Shown here piece by piece: positions 29,359-32,000 of a stretch of DNA of 32,000 nucleotides (position 1 is its first letter; the number at the start of each line of letters is the position of its first letter). The stretch is from NCBI RefSeq assembly GCF_003324675.1, contig NZ_CP030918.1, positions 1,680,001 to 1,712,000 of the forward strand, read 5' to 3'. Under the pieces are notes generated by a model. It had not been told where the DNA came from and searched no databases. It saw nothing but the letters and a program-made list of their open reading frames with translations. The stretch is from Paracoccus suum. Its GTDB lineage: Bacteria; Pseudomonadota; Alphaproteobacteria; Rhodobacterales; Rhodobacteraceae. A program made the position numbers and the translations under genes.

Positions 29359-30510
29359 ATGACCAGCCACGACAAGAACCTGTCCCCGACCCTGTCGCCC
29401 GCGGCCGAACTGGCCGCCAATGTCGCCGTGCCCTTCAACCAGGCTCATGCGATGCCGAAGTCGGTCTATACCTCGCCCGAGTTCCTGGCCCTGGAGCAGG
29501 AGCGCATCTTCGGCCGCGACTGGGTTTGTGCCGGCCGGGCCGAGAGCATCCCGGAGCCGGGCGATTACGTGACGATCGAACTGGCCGGGGAGCCGATCAT
29601 CGTGCTGCGCGACCGCGACGGCACCGTGCGCGCGATGTCCAACGTCTGCCGCCACCGCATGTCGACCCTGCTCGAAGGGCGGGGCCATGTGCGCGCCATC
29701 GTATGCCCCTACCATGCCTGGACCTACAATCTCGACGGCAGTCTGCGCGGCGCGCCCGGCATGACGCTGAACGAGGGGTTCTGCAAATCCGACGTCAAGC
29801 TGCCGCAGGTTCGCTGCGAGGTCTGGCAAGGCTGGGTCATGGTTTCGCTCGACCCCGATGCGCCATCGCCCGAGGTGCAACTGGCCGAGGTCGCAGGCCT
29901 GATCGCGCCGCTGGATATGTCCGCCTATCGGCAGACCTTTGGCCAGACCTTTCGCTGGAACACCAACTGGAAGGTCCTCGCCGAGAATTTCATGGAGAGC
30001 TACCACCTGCCGGTTTGCCACGCCGGCACCATCGGCGGCGCGAGCAAGCTGGAGGAAATGGTCTGCCCCGAGGGATCAGAGGCATTCAACTATCACTTCA
30101 TCCTCAAGGACGATTCGGTGCCGCTGGCTCTGGCGCACCCCTCGAACACACAGTTGGTCGGCGATCAGCGCCGCACCACCTGGCTGCTTGCAATCTATCC
30201 CTCGCTGCTGATCACGCTGACGCCGGGCTATTTCTGGTATCTCAGCCTGACCCCGACCGAGGATCCGGGGCAGGTCGATGTCATGTTCGGCGGCGGCATG
30301 TCGCCCGAATGGCTGGCCGACCCCGCCGCCGAGGCACATCTGGCCAAAGTCCGCGCGCTGCTGGACGACGTCAACATCGAGGACAAGGGTTGCACCGAAA
30401 AGGTCTATCGCGGCCTGCAATCGGGCATGGCCTCGCCCGGATCGCTGAGCCATCTCGAGCGGCCGAACTTCGAGTTCGCCCAATATCTGGCCCGGCGGGT
30501 GGCCGGGTAA
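29359..30510 (+). CDS. Rieske [2Fe-2S] non-haem-iron oxygenase, alpha-subunit type (choline-monooxygenase / GbcA-like class)
   Basis: Rieske motif CRHRMSTLLEGRG-x7-CPYHAWTY. The mononuclear-iron region is NWKVLAENFMESYHLPVCH. The start is placed at ATG 29359 with GGGAGG 8 nt upstream. No reductase or beta subunit gene is present in the window. Confidence 0.85.
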   Translation: MTSHDKNLSPTLSPAAELAANVAVPFNQAHAMPKSVYTSPEFLALEQERIFGRDWVCAGRAESIPEPGDYVTIELAGEPIIVLRDRDGTVRAMSNVCRHRMSTLLEGRGHVRAIVCPYHAWTYNLDGSLRGAPGMTLNEGFCKSDVKLPQVRCEVWQGWVMVSLDPDAPSPEVQLAEVAGLIAPLDMSAYRQTFGQTFRWNTNWKVLAENFMESYHLPVCHAGTIGGASKLEEMVCPEGSEAFNYHFILKDDSVPLALAHPSNTQLVGDQRRTTWLLAIYPSLLITLTPGYFWYLSLTPTEDPGQVDVMFGGGMSPEWLADPAAEAHLAKVRALLDDVNIEDKGCTEKVYRGLQSGMASPGSLSHLERPNFEFAQYLARRVAG

Positions 30511-30886
30511 CGGCACGCCCCGTCCTAGACAGTTCGGGAGACGCTGCTCGCCCGCGTGAGGGCAGGGGAGTGGTGCCGTTTGGCTCGCGGCGATGCTGGG
30601 GGCGGAGGGAGCGCGAAGTGTTCGCGTCCCAGCTGGGCTGCTGACGAGCAGCGGCGCGCTCATTTGACCCAATGGGATGCTTCCGGCCGGACAAGGCGCT
30701 GCGCTTGCCCAGTGGTCTGCTGATAGCGGGCACGCCTGCGTGATTTGCGGAACACTCCTGCAAGCGTGCCGCCTCGGTCGTCGCCAAGGGATACTCGAAG
30801 ACGAATAGCCCGACCCCCGTCGCGCCGCCACTTCCCCCCCGGTGCCCCGGGCGCTAGAAGCGCGCGACCTCTCAACGGACACGCGC

Positions 30887-32000
30887 ATGGCCCGGCACCT
30901 CATCACCTCTGCCATTCCCTACATCAATGGCATCAAGCATCTGGGCAATCTGGTCGGCAGCCAGCTGCCCGCCGACCTCTACGCCCGCTACCTGCGCGGC
31001 CGGGGAAACGAGGTGATGTTCCTGTGCGCCACCGACGAGCACGGCACTCCCGCCGAGCTGGCCGCCGCCAAGGCCGGCCTGCCGGTGGCCGAGTTCTGCG
31101 CCCGGATGCACGAGGTGCAATCCGACATCGCCAGCCGCTTTGGCCTGTCGTTTGACCATTTCGGCCGCTCGTCATCGGACCGCAATCGCGGGCTGACCCA
31201 GCATTTCGCGCAAAAGCTGGCCGAAAACGGCCTGATCGCCGAGGTCGAGGAGCGCCAGGTCTATTCCGTCGACGACGGCCGCTTCCTGCCCGACCGCTAT
31301 ATCGAGGGCACTTGCCCGAATTGCGGCTATGACAAGGCCCGCGGCGATCAGTGCGAGAATTGCACCAAGCAGCTTGATCCCACCGACCTGATCGACCCGC
31401 GCAGCGCCATCTCGGGCTCGACCAACCTCGAGGTCCGCACGACCAAGCACCTGTATTTGCGGCAATCCGTGCTGAAGGAGGAGATTTCCGCCTGGATTGA
31501 TTCCAAGACGGACTGGCCGATCCTGACGACGTCGATCGCGCGCAAATGGCTGAACGATGGCGATGGCCTGCGGGATCGCGGCATCACCCGCGATCTCGAC
31601 TGGGGCGTCCCGGTGCCGGGGCTGCCGGGCAAGGTGTTCTACGTCTGGTTCGACGCGCCGATCGAATATATCGCCTGCGCGGCTGAACTGGCCGACGCGA
31701 CCGGGCAGGACGATGCCTTCTGGCGCCGCTGGTGGCGCACCGACGAGGGCGCGCATGACGTCACCTACACCCAGTTCATGGGCAAGGATAACGTGCCGTT
31801 CCATACCCTCAGCTTTCCCGCGACGCTGATCGGCTCGGGCGAGCCGTGGAAGATGGTCGATTACATCAAGTCATTCAATTACCTCACTTATGACGGCGGC
31901 CAGTTCAGCACCTCGCAGGGACGCGGCGTGTTCATGGATCAGGCGCTGTCGATCCTGCCGGCCGATTACTGGCGTTGGTGGCTGCTGTCGCATGCCCCCG
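30887..32000 (+). CDS. metG: Methionyl-tRNA synthetase, 5' part (continues beyond the window end)
   Basis: [25 protein letters not shown] carries the HIGH-type motif, and the zinc knuckle is [17 protein letters not shown]. The frame stays open from 30887 to the last base of the window. It is not listed in the ORF track because no stop codon is reached. Confidence 0.95.
   Translation, partial: MARHLITSAIPYINGIKHLGNLVGSQLPADLYARYLRGRGNEVMFLCATDEHGTPAELAAAKAGLPVAEFCARMHEVQSDIASRFGLSFDHFGRSSSDRNRGLTQHFAQKLAENGLIAEVEERQVYSVDDGRFLPDRYIEGTCPNCGYDKARGDQCENCTKQLDPTDLIDPRSAISGSTNLEVRTTKHLYLRQSVLKEEISAWIDSKTDWPILTTSIARKWLNDGDGLRDRGITRDLDWGVPVPGLPGKVFYVWFDAPIEYIACAAELADATGQDDAFWRRWWRTDEGAHDVTYTQFMGKDNVPFHTLSFPATLIGSGEPWKMVDYIKSFNYLTYDGGQFSTSQGRGVFMDQALSILPADYWRWWLLSHAP

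Noticed and set aside
30660-30875. A 71-aa minus-strand ORF in the gap upstream of metG.
   Set aside because: The product is very basic and Arg-rich. There is no Shine-Dalgarno sequence upstream of its ATG and no recognisable motif, so it looks like a chance open frame in GC-rich spacer.

Overview
This is a gene-dense, high-G+C window (about two-thirds G+C by eye, not computed). The gene content and order look like the core chromosome of an alphaproteobacterium, probably Rhodobacterales-like; that taxon call is inference only. I recognise 27 protein genes and no rRNA, tRNA, CRISPR, IS or prophage genes. In order they are: bamB-der; an unknown polytopic membrane protein; serS; an EamA/DMT transporter; betI-betB-betA, divergent from a choline/betaine ABC transporter (choXWV-like); a FadL-type outer membrane protein; guaB; ugpBAEC; an SLT-domain lytic transglycosylase with a long low-complexity tail; a zinc locus (znuA divergent from zur-znuC-znuB); a GlcD-like FAD oxidase; a DUF4202-like protein; cobA (SUMT) plus a CbiX-like chelatase; an orphan Rieske oxygenase; and the 5' part of metG, which runs off the window end. 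Many long ORFs in the supplied track are antisense or out-of-frame artefacts typical of high-GC DNA, and several true genes start well inside the longest ORF. I corrected those starts using N-terminal homology and RBS position. I found no convincing defence island, mobile element or clearly novel multi-gene system; the window reads as ordinary housekeeping and transport DNA. The observations most worth a second look are small. (1) A 260-nt structured insert sits between choX and choW, bracketed by a duplicated copy of the stop/start junction. (2) A degenerate echo of the FAD-oxidase 3' end lies 64 nt downstream of the real one. (3) ZnuA has a strongly expanded His/Asp/Glu loop and ZnuC has a His-rich tail. 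(4) A Pho-box-like pair of 11-bp-phased TGTCA repeats lies upstream of ugpB but points the other way. (5) There are two unusually long non-coding gaps, at 27460-27750 and 30511-30886.
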